A DNA stretch of 64,000 nucleotides, taken from Octopus sinensis (lineage: Eukaryota). Positions 13,684 through 28,350 of the stretch are shown piece by piece. The stretch's first letter is position 1, and every line of letters starts with the position of its first letter. The position numbers and the translations under genes were made by a program. The notes under the pieces are model-generated. The model was not told where the DNA came from and did not search any database. It worked only from the letters and a program-made list of their open reading frames with translations. The stretch is from NCBI RefSeq assembly GCF_006345805.1, contig NC_043017.1:17360001-17424000 (forward strand). Reading direction: 5' to 3'.

Positions 13684-14869
13684 TGACTGAATCTTACTAC
13701 ACACAATCTAGCTTTCAGTGATAAATTGAATTCTAGTCTAGTTAGATGCTGCTGATTCTCCACTCGATTTCGTGTGGTGATAACTCTAACCTACCAACTC
13801 TAATCACTTACTGGCCTCATTGACAGACTATAGTTGTTGAAGTGCTACTGTCTATTTTATTTGAGTGGATATGAATGCTAATTACAGATGAAAGTCAGTA
13901 TATTGCTTTTACTCTTCGCGTTTTATTCTACATGTCCTATCACGTGTTCTGTCATGTGGTCTATTAGGAGTACATAAACAATTAGTATTGCTATAAAGAT
14001 TATCAACGGTTTAGAGTTTCGCAACACATAACAATCAGTATATTCTTGTCCTCTTAACGATTTATTCTACCTGTTCTATCACGTAGTCTGTTACAAGTAC
14101 ACAAACACAATTAGCATTTCTGTGAAGATTGTCAACGGTTTAGGGTTTCGCAGTAATTTCTTCGAGTATAATAAAGGAATGGATTGGATACGCACCATTG
14201 TAATGAATTTCCTGTTGAGACTCAGTCACCACTTTCTGAACATAACAAAAGTTTTATGAGGGACCTGAGGTTAAATCTAGTCAACTACCTCTCTCCGTTG
14301 TCTTAGATCTGATGGCAAAGGGTAGAAGAAACCTCGCTGGTGAGCTTTAATAAGGGAAAAATACTCTTAAATTATCTGCCATTGTACTTCTAACGAACAG
14401 ACTATTGCAAACTGTTTCTTTTTTAATTTCCATTTAGTTTTACATAATTAATTAAAATCCCGGAGTTGTCGCCTTTATCTTATTAACCGGCAATAGTCAT
14501 TAGCATAATGTAATGGCTGCGTGTGAAATTTCAATTGATTCATTATAATTTAGTTTAATCTAAATAATTTATTGCCTCACTATATTAAGTATATTTACGC
14601 CAACTTTACTGTTTGCTAGCAGAATGCATTACTACTACTACTACTACTACTACTACAACTACTACTACTCAAGAACCGAGAATTTATTACAGAGCAGTTT
14701 AATAATTGCCATGAACGAAATTTTCGGTCTTTGAATCACCATTATAAATTTCAGTCGAATAAGCGATGGCGAGAACAAACACATACACACACACACACTT
14801 ACATACATACACACAAACACATATACATACACACACATACACGCATGCACATACATATACATATATAAA

Positions 14870-15050
14870 TAAATACAGACAGACGACAGGCTTCCACTCA
14901 GTTTCCGTCTACCAAATTCACTTACAAAACATTGATCGAGCCGAAGCTATAGCAGGAAACACTTTCCCAAAGTGCAACAACGCAATGGGACTGAACCCAA
15001 AACGACATGGTCGGAAATCGAGCTTCTTAGACCGCACAGCCATACCTGCA
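14870..15050 (-). mobile_element. SINE family B head, diverged
   Basis: Reverse match to ggtgcaggtatggctgtgcggtctaagaagctcg...gggttcagtccc. Confidence 0.7.
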
Positions 15051-15916
15051 CCAAATGCGGTGCTGATCAACCAAAGTTATTTCATACTTTATCGAATCTC
15101 CAAGTGTCAGTGATATGGTAAACAGACATGGAGTAAAGAGGGCACGTTATTAACGAGCTTACGACGTCCATGCTAATATAATTGTTATAAAATTAACGTA
15201 GTTTACAATTTCGTTCTTCTTCTCGACGCCATCTTGTTTCTGAATTTTTTGTTTTGGTTATATATTTTTCTTTTTCTTTTTCCGACAATGTTCGTTTCGT
15301 TATTATTAGTTTTCTTTTTCTTCTTTTTTTTTTCTTAGTCCAATAATCGTATCACGCTAAAACTCAATAAATTACTTCATTTGTTTGTGTTGTGTTTTCT
15401 AAATTTAAGTTCCATAATTTATTAGATTCTAAAATACAAGATATACCCTTGTGTACATACGTGCGTGCGTGCGTGTATGTATAGGTATGTGCTTGTATGT
15501 ATACGTATCTGTATACGTCTTTATAGGTACATGTGCGTATATGAGTATCTTTTTCGTATGCTTGTGTGTGTATGTATGTGATTGAGATGTGTCTGTGTGT
15601 TTGTGTATGTGTGCGTGCACAGTGTGTGTACGTCTTTATCGGTAGATGTGTTTATATGAGTATGTATATTAGTTGAGTAAATGTATGTCCCTATGACTAC
15701 GTTTCTGTAAACGAGTCTGTTCGTCCGTAGATTTGTGTGCATGTGTTTGTGGGTGTATGTGTGTGTGTACGTGTATCTATCGGTTTATGCGTGTGTGTGT
15801 GTGTGTGCGTGTGCGTTTGCGTCAGTATGTATGTATGTTTGCAAGCCATTAATTTTGAAAGATCTAAGGATATGTCCCTATGGCTACGTAAGTGTATATG
15901 GTGTTTGTCCTTAGAG

Positions 15917-15955
<39 letters not shown>

Positions 15956-16382
15956 TGTGTGTGTGTGTACATTTGTGTCTATCGGTTTGTATGTGTGTGT
16001 GTGTACATTTGTCTGCAACTCTGTATGCGTGTATGCTCGTATTTTCCCGTGTTCTCTTGCAAGTGGGTCTGTAGTGTGTGTGAATGAATATGCATGTTTG
16101 TACGTATGTACGTATGTATTTATGTATGCATGCGTGTGTGTGTGCATGTGTGTGTGTGCATGTGTGTATGAGTGTGTGTGTTTGCGTCAGTACGTTCGTG
16201 TGTTTGAGAGCCGTTAATTTTGAAAGGTTTAGCGGTTACCACTTCATCCCTCCGCAGTTTTCTGTTGGTGCAATTTATTTCTGTTTGTGGTGCAGACACT
16301 ACAGGGGTATTTACTTCATAGGCACACCATATGCATACACAGACATGAATATTCACAAATATACATACATGTGTGTGTATAA

Positions 16383-16418
<36 letters not shown>

Positions 16419-16825
16419 CTGTCTGTATGTATGTATGTATACAAGTCAAAATATGTATATGCATATAATTATATATATATATATATGGCACATGAAAGAT
16501 GGAAGATGGAATATACGAGAATTTATTATTAATCACGACAATTGTTTCGACACATCTACCATCGATTCTTCATGGGTGAGACACTCAACAACTTGTTCAG
16601 GAGCATCCGATGGTGCAGATGTATCTCATCGGGTGATAAATAAATACAACTCGTTAAAGTAAAAGTTCCGCAATGTAATATATATATATATATTTTATTT
16701 AGGAGCCCTTAATTGTATAACTACATGAATAATATTTTTCTATATGAATAATATTTTTGTCTTATGACTAATTCGTCTTTTGTGCTGGGCACCTGGTAGT
16801 AAATAATATTACTACCCTTCTTGTT

Positions 16826-16856
<31 letters not shown>

Positions 16857-16894
16857 AGATAGATCGATAGATAGATTATGACCAGTTTATCTTA

Positions 16895-18025
16895 TCTCTC
16901 TCTATATAAAAGGCAGTTTGTCTGTCTGTGTGTCTGTGTGTCTGTCAGGTTGTACCCTCACTCTGACCACGGCTTTCAACCGATTCTGATGAAACTTGAC
17001 ACACACATAGCCCAATGTCATAATTCAAAACTAACGCAGCGAAAATTTTGAAAAGTTCCCCCAGTTCTGAAAATCATCGATAAATTCGACATGGGGTTCG
17101 AGAATCTAAGCTTTTTATATGCAACACATTTTCTATTGTAGTTTTCGCAACTTGCAATCGATTTTCACCAAACTCATCGTGAAGCTTAATGTTACCCTAA
17201 GAAACTTAATTCTGACGTTAGTTTTCCATGCAATACCTTACCATCAGAAAAAATCGATAAAATCATGCCATTTTGGGAAATCGCGTTCAAATTCAAGATG
17301 ACATATTTTCGACAATATCTTTCACAAATTGGCAGAAATTTTTTTTTAAATTCACAGCGAGCATCATGTCTGCTCCAAGGAGCTATATGGCCCTTTTAAT
17401 TCCAATAGGATACTTTATTACTGGAAAAAATCGGTTAATTAAATCATATGTGGCACACATAGCAAACCGATTTGTGTATTAAACACAAACCACAGACTGT
17501 CTAGGGGACGCAACTCGACCTTTTTAACTCTCGGAACACGTGGGGTAAGTATCCCAAAATGTATAAAGATGTACAAAAACGGCAAAAAAGAGGGCAGCAA
17601 TGTGAGTGACAACAACGAAAAAGTCAAAAGTGACCAAACTGAACAAACGAATGGAAAAGGTTTTTTGGTGCACACGACAAAAGCGGTTTATAATAAACCA
17701 AGAGTTTGCAAGTAGCGTCCGAGGACTCTTAGGGTACGTCAAAAATTTAAGGTAAAACGTTTGGGGTGATAGTTATAAAGAAAGTTTAAACAAAAAAAGT
17801 ATTCGAATAACTTGCGGCTGTAAAGTCTCGAATGTAATTTCTTCCTGGTAGGAATTGGTTGGGTTGAATTATCGATAGCTGTTTGATAGTTATTTGGGAG
17901 TGAAGAGAAGACATTGCAACCTACACATGCGCCTTCGTTCCCTAGAGGGAAAGGACTAGATTGGGATTAGTCCTTGCCTACTAGGGGCTCTTACATACCC
18001 GGGCAACGCCGGGCTATGCTGCTAG
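16895..18025 (+). mobile_element. Non-autonomous Helitron-type element (~1.13 kb)
   Basis: Starts A|TCTCTCTCTATATAAAAGG and ends with hairpin cccgggcaacgccggg then CTAG|T (18022-18026). No Rep/helicase ORF. Confidence 0.85.
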
Positions 18026-18330
18026 TTTTGTATTAAATAGAAAAATATCAAACTTGGGCATAGATGTGTAAATGCAATATGTGTGTGTGTGTTTATAAAT
18101 ATATACATATATATATGTATGTATATAAATATATGCGTGCATTTGTATTCATATGTATACACATATAAATCTATACATACATACATACATACATACATAC
18201 ATACATACATACATCATACATACATACATACATACATACATATAAGTATAGGGGCATATAATTATATGATATATCTTTTTTGTCTGAGTTGTATGCAGAT
18301 ACATATAAAATATCTTTTATACATACACAC

Positions 18331-18378
<48 letters not shown>

Positions 18379-18608
18379 TATAAATCAATGAACGTATCTA
18401 TGGATGCATGTGGTTGTTCTTTACGTGCAGTCCGTCGTACGTGATGGCACAAGTTAATGCGACTAAATGGGCGTATAAATTCTCCCATCCAGCCCCTCTC
18501 TCATACGGTCTCTTTAGAGTCCCTGTCTTTCGCACTTACCTGCTTTGTACGTATACGCATTCATACACATCCAAGTGTGAGTGTGTACACATAGGTATAT
18601 ATATTATA

Positions 18609-18697
<89 letters not shown>

Positions 18698-18698
18698 T

Positions 18699-18746
<48 letters not shown>

Positions 18747-19605
18747 TATATATCGGAATTTATGTGTATGCCCATAGAAATATGTTATGTGTGGGGGGGT
18801 GAGCTCGTGCGTGCGGATGCGTGCATTTGTATTCATATGTATACACATAATGAAATGCGCATGTGCATGTGTGTGTGTGTTAAACGCGTGTGTATTCTCA
18901 TGTTTGTTTGCGCGCGCGCATGTGTGTATGTGTGTGAATATTAATCCTCCAATGTTTCTTTGAGTCGCCTATTTTAATATGGCTACTGTTTTATTCATCG
19001 CTGCCATTATGTAAATTAAAAACGTTTATTCTTTCCGCCCATTTCTTATGAAGTATTGTTAAACAATAGAGATATAGTACAGCACTAAGCGACCTCTGGT
19101 GGGATGGACGAGGCGGTAAATTGCTTGACTGCCTCTCCATGTGTTCATTGGTTCAAATTTTCTAGCAGACATTTGCATTTTCTTCTCGTCACAACATTCA
19201 AGAGTAACTTTTACAAGAGAAAAGTTCACATCAGGGGTTCTCACTCATATTTTACCTATGGACCCCTTTGGTTACTATTTTATTCTGGTTGACCCTCATA
19301 ATCATTCGATGTTTAAAAACAAGTTTTATAGAAACCTCTTTCAAATTTCCTCTTTTGTTTTTTTTGTTTTGTTTTGTTTCACATTAACTTGTGTAAAAAT
19401 GTTAGAGAAAGAAACCTAGCTGTTTCTTGGAATACATACCAATATATTCCAATAAATACCAGTATCTAAAACAAAATATTTTCAGGAGCCCTTAGAATAT
19501 TATTTTGGATCCCTAATCTACTATTTGTTACGTGGACTCTCAAAACGATTGTACAAAATTACCGGAATTATTCTTGTTGCTTATTTTGATATATATATAT
19601 ATGTG

Positions 19606-19744
19606 TGACGGACTCCTTTCAGTTTCCGTCTACCAAATCTACCCACAAGGTTTTTGGTCTGCCCAAGGTATCACACAGTGGGGCTGAAACTGCAACTATT
19701 ATGTGGTTGGGAAGCAAACTTCTTACCATAAAGCTATACCTACG

Positions 19745-19748
<4 letters not shown>
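19606..19748 (-). mobile_element. SINE family B head
   Basis: Reverse match to the SINE-B head; its 5' end abuts a (TA)n run. Confidence 0.7.
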
Positions 19749-19790
<42 letters not shown>

Positions 19791-19917
19791 TACAAGGAAA
19801 TGTATGACTTTCAGCACCGACTAATATCACAGGTATTAATATAAACTCTAACCTACATATTGTTGCCCTTTATCTCAAGCCCTCAATAGAAAACATATCG
19901 CATGTTTATATATATAT

Positions 19918-19976
<59 letters not shown>

Positions 19977-20253
19977 TGATCGATAGATAGATAGATATAG
20001 ATAAGTTTTTGTATAATTATTATAATTATATAAGAAGAAATATACGAATTACTACAGTAATCCTCCCTTCTCAACACATGAAATATGTATGTACCTATGG
20101 TTATGTTTGTACGTAAATATATATATGTATGTATATATATGTATATATATATATATATATAATTTTAATCCAAAAGGGAAACAAAAAAACAACAACAACA
20201 GGAACAATTACAGTATTATTATTAATAGGCGCTCAGGAGATGGAAGCAGGGAG

Positions 20254-20290
20254 GTATGACGTTTCGAGCGGAGCTCTTCGTCGGAAACAT
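20254..20290 (-). ncRNA. Minimal type I hammerhead motif, second copy of the 10.6 kb family
   Basis: Minus strand atgttt-CCGACGA-a-gagc(tcc)gctc-GAAA-CGTC-atac, with a GUC triplet and one stem I mismatch. Confidence 0.55.
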
Positions 20291-21176
20291 AAAGAAGGAA
20301 GAGAGAGGAAAGAAAGATCCCAGAGCGGGCAACAGGGAAAGAGAAAAAAGACGACTGGTGTTTACGAGTTGCACATGGTGAAAGGCGGATGTTGACGCTA
20401 ACAAGAGCAAAGTGGGTTTTTAAAGGCAAAAGAGTGGAGACAAGGTTGGTAACCAACAGATGTGTGTGTATGTGTGAGTGTGTGCGTGTGCGTGTGTGTA
20501 TGTGTGTGTGTGAGGCGAGATGAAAAAACAAAAAAATATGTGTGTGTTAGTGTGTGCGTCTGTGTGTAGGCGTGTGAGGTAGGGCGAGACTAGTGGTCAG
20601 CTAGCAGACAAGGTCAGTAGTAAGAAAAAGAAGGAAGGAGGAAGGGAGGTCAGTAGTAAGAAAAAGAAGGAAGGAGGAAGGGAGGGAGGGGAAGGGGTGG
20701 GGGCGTATGTAGCGTGCCAGCGTGTGTTGAGTAGTAGTGTGTTGTGTGTCCAGTGTCGTGGTGGTATTAATGGCGAGTAGATTGAATGTGTGTAAGAGTG
20801 ATGTATATATATAGGCAAGGTGTGTATATGTGTGCGCGTGTGTGTAACGAAAAAGGGGGGGGGGTTAAGGAAAAAGGACTCCAGCTGAGGGGAAGATGGA
20901 AGAGTGGTACCGCGGAGACAGGCGTGGGAAAACCCAACGACACGCGACGGTCCCAGAACGGGCGGGAGGTCTCGTCAGGTCCAAGGGCGAGGTGTATGCG
21001 GCGCGTATGCCGCGCGAGCCGGCGCAAGTGCGTATGTGCGCGTGCCTGCGAGTATGCGCGTAAGTATGTATGTGTGTGGATGTGTGAGTGTGTCTGTGTG
21101 TATGTCTGGGTGGCAGTGTGTCCGATGAATGTATGTGAGTATGTGTGTATGTATGTGTGTGCATAGATGTATGTCC

Positions 21177-21207
<31 letters not shown>

Positions 21208-21316
21208 TGAGTGTGTATGTATGTACGTGTGGGTGTGGGGAAGTGTGTGTATGTGCATGTGTGTGCGCGTACATACAGGTGTGTGAGTGAGTGTGTGTGT
21301 GTGTATGTATGTGTGA

Positions 21317-21396
<80 letters not shown>

Positions 21397-22596
21397 TCCT
21401 CATTTATATACCTTTTCATTCCTACATAACTACAATAATCTTAAGATAGATTGATTATTTAAATTCCACTATTATTTCTCTTTTGATAATTTTCTGTTTC
21501 CTCTGTTTATACTTTATCTAATAAGAAATGCATATACATATACATATAAATGTATAGACATGTATTTATGTATATTTATTTATATGTATGTATATGTAAA
21601 AGTGTGTATATATGTATGTATTCATATTTATAACTTAACCTTATGAACTTTCTAAACTCTCTGACGAAGCCCAGAGGCACACCCAAGTACCTTAATCTTA
21701 TCTACCAAATACTTTAATTCACTGAAGGGATGGAAGTAAAGTGGGATAGTATGACATCTTGGCTGAAACAGGTGTAAGAAAATATTTTACTTTCTATGTT
21801 CTGCATTATATATTTTAATAATTACTGGTATTTTTATATTTTATATGTTATATATGTAAAGCATAATATGTTATACATGTATGTATATTGTTATAATTGT
21901 TTCTTTAAAAATAAATAAATAGACGTAATATAATGTCTAAAAGTTGATGAATACCACCTCTCATCCCTTCAATTTTCTTATTGCCGTATAAATTAAGGGT
22001 AAAACAACTTTTTACCCTCACCCATTTATTACATTCAGTAGTGTAATTGCCATGCAATGAAAAAAACACTTGTGTAGTAATAATTGGGTATTCTACCAAC
22101 AGTAAATTGGATAAAAATTATCCCTTAGTTGGTTGGATTCACAACCTCTAACTCTCTTTGGATTCATAACTCTCTAGCTATATATATATATAAAGAAACC
22201 GATACATGCATGCATGTATAGGCACACACACACACACACACACAATAACCCACACACATGCGCACAAACAAACAAAAGGGAACGCAGTGTAAATAACGGA
22301 CAGAGTCAAGACTATTGAAAAGGTTGCAAGACGCAACGAAAATTTTAGGAAAATAAAAATAAGGAAAAAGTGGAAATTTTACCAGTGAGTGTGTTACATT
22401 ATAAGGCACAAAAAGAAAATGACTCTCCCCAGACACAACAGAATATGCTTCAACACACGAAATCATATAAAGAATCTTGCAAGCCAAATCCAAAAACGAA
22501 ATATATATATATATATATATATATAAATTAATAGTAATGATACGACAACAAAAGAATGAATGAGTCCTCGACATTATATAAATAAAGACAGATATA

Positions 22597-22736
<140 letters not shown>

Positions 22737-23254
22737 ATGTATATGTATATATACGTATGTATGTATGTATATATGTAAGTATAGTCTATATATGCTTGAG
22801 GAGGTGTCTGTGCGTGCAGGTGAATGAGTGTGTGTCTGCTTGCGCACGTGTGCGTCAATACAGAAAACATACCAAAAGAAAATTTCCTCGGATGAATAAT
22901 AGCGACTTGCAAAGTAAGTATATAAACGTTGATACATATATATATATATATATATATCTACTTTACGGCTAAGTAGAGACTTTAGTTCATAATAGCGATT
23001 CACATAATTACCATCGCACAGATACGAATTAGGGGCTATAGTGGGAAAGAAATCCTTAGAAAACGAGTTAGTTCCATTTTTTTCTCATTTCTTAATCATT
23101 CATGATCAGCGTTTGCCCCCTAAGCAATGCTAATTGTGTGAAAACCAAGAAGGCATTAAAATACGCATTTGCGCCCATATATACATACAGGCATACATAC
23201 ATACATGTACGGGTATATGTATGTATACATATATACGTCTCTACCAATTTATAC

Positions 23255-23316
<62 letters not shown>

Positions 23317-23476
23317 TTAGGGAGTATAACTCCAAACTTACAGGGAAAAATTCAATTTAGTATTAAATCAAATTTCACAATATAAATATATAATATATAT
23401 AAATATATATATGATATGGTTTATGTCTATCATTGTTTGAATTACATAATTCTATTTATTTATATGTGTGCGTGTA

Positions 23477-23519
<43 letters not shown>

Positions 23520-24103
23520 GCGCGCACGATACTGTTTGTCCTCAATCCCTCAATCCATAGCGCGAATATTAGCTGCTGAACCGGCTCTAACTGCCAGACC
23601 ATCACCACCAATTCCTTATTCCTCTTTATATGCCCACTAATATATCACCGAACAAAAATTGTAGCATGTATAATGAATACCTGTCTAACTACGTGTATGT
23701 GTGCATATGCGAGTGCGTGTGTGTTTATACATGCGTATGGGGGCGGGTGCACGCGTAACGTATGCCGGTGTTAGTGTTTGAGCTCCTTAAATGAAATGTC
23801 AAGAAATATATTTTATTTAACATCTCAAGACGGAAAAAAATCAGTGGATTTTTATATTTTTTTTTAAGTAAGATATATAAATTTGGCGGCGAAAAGGTGA
23901 CAGCTTCAGAAAATTTTGCTTGTAAATCAAGCCAGGCCGGTTCTCATTGTAACACGCAGACGACAACTTCGTTGATTGAAGCATGGTCTGACAAAGGTCA
24001 AACGGATCTGAATATACACCTTCGACTTAACAAAAATTTTATACCATAAACCAATGGAAAATCTTATGTGTTTGTGCGTGCGTGCGTGTGTGTGTGTGTG
24101 TGT

Positions 24104-24147
<44 letters not shown>

Positions 24148-24672
24148 TCCATGTGTATATGTGTGTGTGTGAATGTATGTATAGTTATATACACATTTAC
24201 GCATGTATGTACATATATAAGCATACATTTATAAACTTTAAAATATCAGCACCCAATCACTCGTGTATACATGCACAGACGTATGTATAATATATGTATA
24301 CACACACATGCATACATCCATACATACATATACACAATATAAGTGTGTGTATACATGCAACTGTGTGCATATTTTATGTATGCATGTGTGAGTATGTATA
24401 TGTATGTACGTATGTATATATATATGCATGTTTGTATATGCAGATATGTAGATATATATATGTATGTAGATATATATATATATATATTGTATGCGTGTGT
24501 GCGTGCACGCACGCACACCTACATATATGTGTGTGTTTGTTTTGTTTTATTATTGCTTATTCTTTGAAGATATCCTATAAAGAACTGCCAGTTTCTAACC
24601 AAAAATAAAACAAGACTAAACAAAACTACACCACTGAACCTAACAGAGTATGGACGTGCACACACACACACA

Positions 24673-24713
<41 letters not shown>

Positions 24714-24729
24714 TATGTATGCATGCATA

Positions 24730-25490
24730 TACGAAATCTGATCAATAAGTATCCGGACTGTTGCCATAGTAACGAAGCTAAAGCATGCAGAGCAAAAGTT
24801 GCTCGGCAGAGATTGATCTTGAACACTGCAGTGCATGCGCATTAAGTTTTAACGTTCGTTAGCTCATTTCTACTGTTTACAGTAGTGCTTGGAAGGAAGG
24901 TGTGTAGCGTGTTATTGTCGCATTGACAATAACAGACAAAGTTGTCGTGGCGATACCTGCTCCGAGGCCCATGCAAAGTTGCAGAAAGTGTATGGAGAGG
25001 AGTGTATGAGCTGCACACGTATACGAGGGGGTCAGACACTTCGAAGATGGCCGAAAATATCGATATTGATGAATGGTCTGTGAGACCCGCAACGAGCAGA
25101 ACTGAGAAAAACATCGTAGATGTGCATGCATCTGTGAGGGGAAATCGTCGAATCACCATCCATGAGTTTTCAGAGGATGTGTAAATTAGTTACAATGTAG
25201 TCCAATCCATTATCACTTAAGATTTGGGTATGAGACGCATATCTGCCAAGTTTGTACCAAAACTGCTTTCAGCTGACCAAAACGACACTCGAATTTCAGT
25301 TGCACAAGATCTTGATTATGTCGAGAAGTTTTTGAAAACTTTCTGAAGGCCTCTGAGCAGATATCACCAAGCTTTTAGCAAAATTTGATGCAGATTCTCT
25401 GTTCAACTTTCTCTGTCATGTTCAATGCAACAATCACACGCTACACACCTTCATTCCAAGCACTATTGAAAACAGCGGAAGTGAGCTAGA
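24730..25490 (+). mobile_element. Degenerate mariner-type transposon
   Basis: TA followed by a cgaaatctgatcaataagtatccggactg TIR-like start. The plus-strand fragment SVRPATSRTEKNIVDVHASVRGNRRITIHE resembles the mariner HTH region, and atctgccaagtttgtaccaaaactg (SAKFVPKL) resembles the WVPHEL-like motif. Confidence 0.7.
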
Positions 25491-26284
25491 ATGTTAAAAC
25501 TTTGTTAGTAATTTTCTCCACTGTAACTGCAGTGGATTTGCCTTTTAACATATTTTAACTAAGCTAAACTTTGCTTATGCCTAGACACTGCTTGGTGCTA
25601 ATACGGTAATATATGTGTGTGTGCATGTGTGTGTGAGTGTGTGTGTAGCTGACTAATGAAAATTTAGAACCTTCTAGAGAACATGAAATAATTCTTTTTG
25701 GTGCGGACGGTTTAACTTGAAGCAGAACTATATATAATAATGAGTAAATGTTAGGTTAAAAGTACCTTTGATAGTAAAAGTTGAAGGCTGCTCGTGAGTG
25801 TGTGTGTGATTGTGTTCGATATAAATAGATACAGATTCGAAGACTACACTGGCTTCATTTTCTTTCTTTTTTTCTTAAAAATGTGTTGTTTAATAATGAA
25901 ATTGATTAAATCGACCTCTTCACAAAAAGGAAGATTTGAGGGTTTTTTCGCTGCTATTTCTCGTAGTTCGATCTACCTCTTAACTTTTCCCTCCTAGTAA
26001 ACCCCCAAAATGTACATCAATGCTCTAATAAATAATGCATTCTATATATTATTTGTATTCAGTTGCGATCCCTTTGGAAATAGATTCTATAGAAAGACAC
26101 CAAGCGATTTAAGAGCGTCTTTCACACTACAAAAGCAGGAAGAGAAACAAAGGCGGGGTCTTTACCATTGGCTGCCTTTTGTCCAGTTTCTATTAATAAA
26201 TATATACTTGATTATCATAATTATGTAAATTTTATTCAGTTCTCACAATAAACTACATAATATAGATATATAATTAATATATAT

Positions 26285-26511
26285 CTTTACTACCCACAAG
26301 GGGCTAAACACAGAGGGGACAAACAAGGACAGACAAAGGGATTAAGTCGATTACATCGACCCCAGTGCGTAACTGGTACTTAATTTATCGACCCCGAAAG
26401 GATGAAAGGCAAAATTGACCCCGGCGGAATTTGAACTCGGAACGTAACGGCAGACTAAATACGGCTACGCATTTCGCCCGGCGTGCTAACGTTTCTGCCA
26501 GCTCGCCGCCT
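26285..26511 (-). mobile_element. SINE family A, full length
   Basis: Reverse complement of ggcggcgagctggcagaaacgttagc...tttagccccttgtgggtagtaaaga. Confidence 0.85.
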
Positions 26512-26559
26512 TGATATATATATAGTTATATAATTAATAGTATCATCGGACACCCAGAG

Positions 26560-28350
26560 AATTCAGAAAAATCTAACAGGAATTACTCGTATCCCATCCG
26601 ATGAAGCACCCAAACATAGCTGTTACTGAAAAATATTCTAGTATATAGTAATTATAATGAATAGTCTTGTAGAGTGGCTTATGAATATAAACTCAGCAGC
26701 TGGTGTGCGGTGCAGAAACAAATGTGATCTACTATTAAAGTTTGATATCCTCCAACCGCGTGTTATATTATTCTTATGTAAAGAGGAGTTCCACATTTGT
26801 ATCCAGCTCTGGAATATACCCTACTGTAGAATAACATGTGATAGCCAAATCCACAAAGAAACAGTGTGTAATTTTGGCATTTCTGTTTCCTTGTGAACTG
26901 GTGAGATATCCTTCAGACTTCCTTAACATGAATGACAAGAGGTTTACAGAAAGTATAAACAACATCACAGAGAGGCTGTCTCCTTGGAATACGGTTTGCA
27001 ATACTGTATTCTATCGGTAATAATACAAGCACTCTTTGTCTTTAATTTCAAGATGGTGGACCACGATGAAGTCAAGTCAGCTATGGCTTTGACTATTCTC
27101 ATTGGAACTTTAGCAAGTTGAAGGGCTTCTAGCATTCATGAGTGGGGAACCGAGTCAAATGTTTTCTTGTAATCTAGCCACATTGAAACTAGGTTCCTCC
27201 TATGCTCTCGAACCTCTGACATCACACTTTTGTTGATTAACAATTGCTCGGCACATCCCCAGACGCCCTTCTTCCCAGCTGTTTGCTCTGCTGTGATAAT
27301 GTTATTGGTTTCACAATGGTCCTGGAAGAAGAGGTTTAAACATGCTGTATATCTTATACATTAAGTTCTGGCATACAATTGGCCGGAAATTTTTTGCCAT
27401 GTGGATGGTTCTGCATTTGGGGAACAGTTTTGTCTCTGCCAGAGCTAACCAGTGTGGTATGCTACTGTTCTCAATAAGAGCTTGCTGGTACAGATTGATA
27501 AGATATGGTCGGCGGTAGAATGTTGGCTTCTTGTACCAATATCCAATAATCAAATCTCTTCCAGGTGCTTTTCCATCCTGGAATTTCTGGATCACCGTTG
27601 CAAGAGTTTCACCATCAATGTTGTATATCTTGGATGTAAAGCAAGAGCAGTAACTTTTCCAGATTTTTTCCTGCCACAGAGCGGCACTTTGATTAAATTC
27701 CTTCTCTTCACTCCAGATTTCTCTCCTGAAGGAGTTTATGTCTTCTTGTGAAGGAACTTCTATGATGTTTACTGCTCCTCTTCTCATGTCCCTGTATACT
27801 CCTTCCTGGTTGCGGTTACATTTTTTGCTTATTGTTCTTCTCTCGATTATTCTCTTCTAATGTCAGAGTTTTTCACTCACAGCTTTTAGCTCCTGCTTGA
27901 GGGTAATCAGTTTGCGAGTGTCCTTTTTTTGCTATCTCCAAACGTCATTTCTATATCCTTCTTTGCTTGGTGGGACGTATAGTGATTTGCTCGTTTGCAT
28001 GCAATAAGCATCATTTCATGACTGATGGTCTTCCATAAACCAGCTATCTTTCTCTGTTTTCAAAACCTATGATTGTACTTTCTTTATTTCGGTTTTGTTT
28101 ACTCTTTGAATATCATTCATGTACTATTTTACAGTAGTAGCCAGAACATATAGACAGGCATTAATCTACCAGTATGTGGATTCATCACACTGTTGTAAAT
28201 ACTCATCACCAATTTCGTTAACAGCTTTTAATACCGTATCTGGTGGGGTTTTTTTACTTACTTTAGTAGAGAATACTCTCTCTACAAGAGAGTACTTCAA
28301 AGCCAGAGCTATTTTTTCTTGGAAAATTTCAGTAAGGGTACATTTCACCG
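26560..28350 (-). mobile_element. Degenerate R4/Dong-like (RLE-type) non-LTR retrotransposon, RT region
   Basis: Fragments KFQDGKAPGRD, KNFRPIVCQNLMYKIYS and VFQGDSLSVMLF match non-LTR RT motifs; several frameshifts and stops. Clade assignment from memory. Confidence 0.75.

Noticed and set aside
15580-16230. Recurring motifs (gccattaattttgaaag; tctatcggttt) within a TG-rich tract
   Set aside because: Best explained as old duplications of a microsatellite-rich unit; no regular repeat-spacer structure, so not CRISPR-like.
20940-20990. CTGACGA on the minus strand followed by a stem, a possible hammerhead
   Set aside because: No GAAA after the stem and no complementary stem I.
21655-21695. ctgacgaa-gcc-caga-ggc hammerhead-like start
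   Set aside because: The GAAA is replaced by acac and stems I/III are missing; at most a dead relic.
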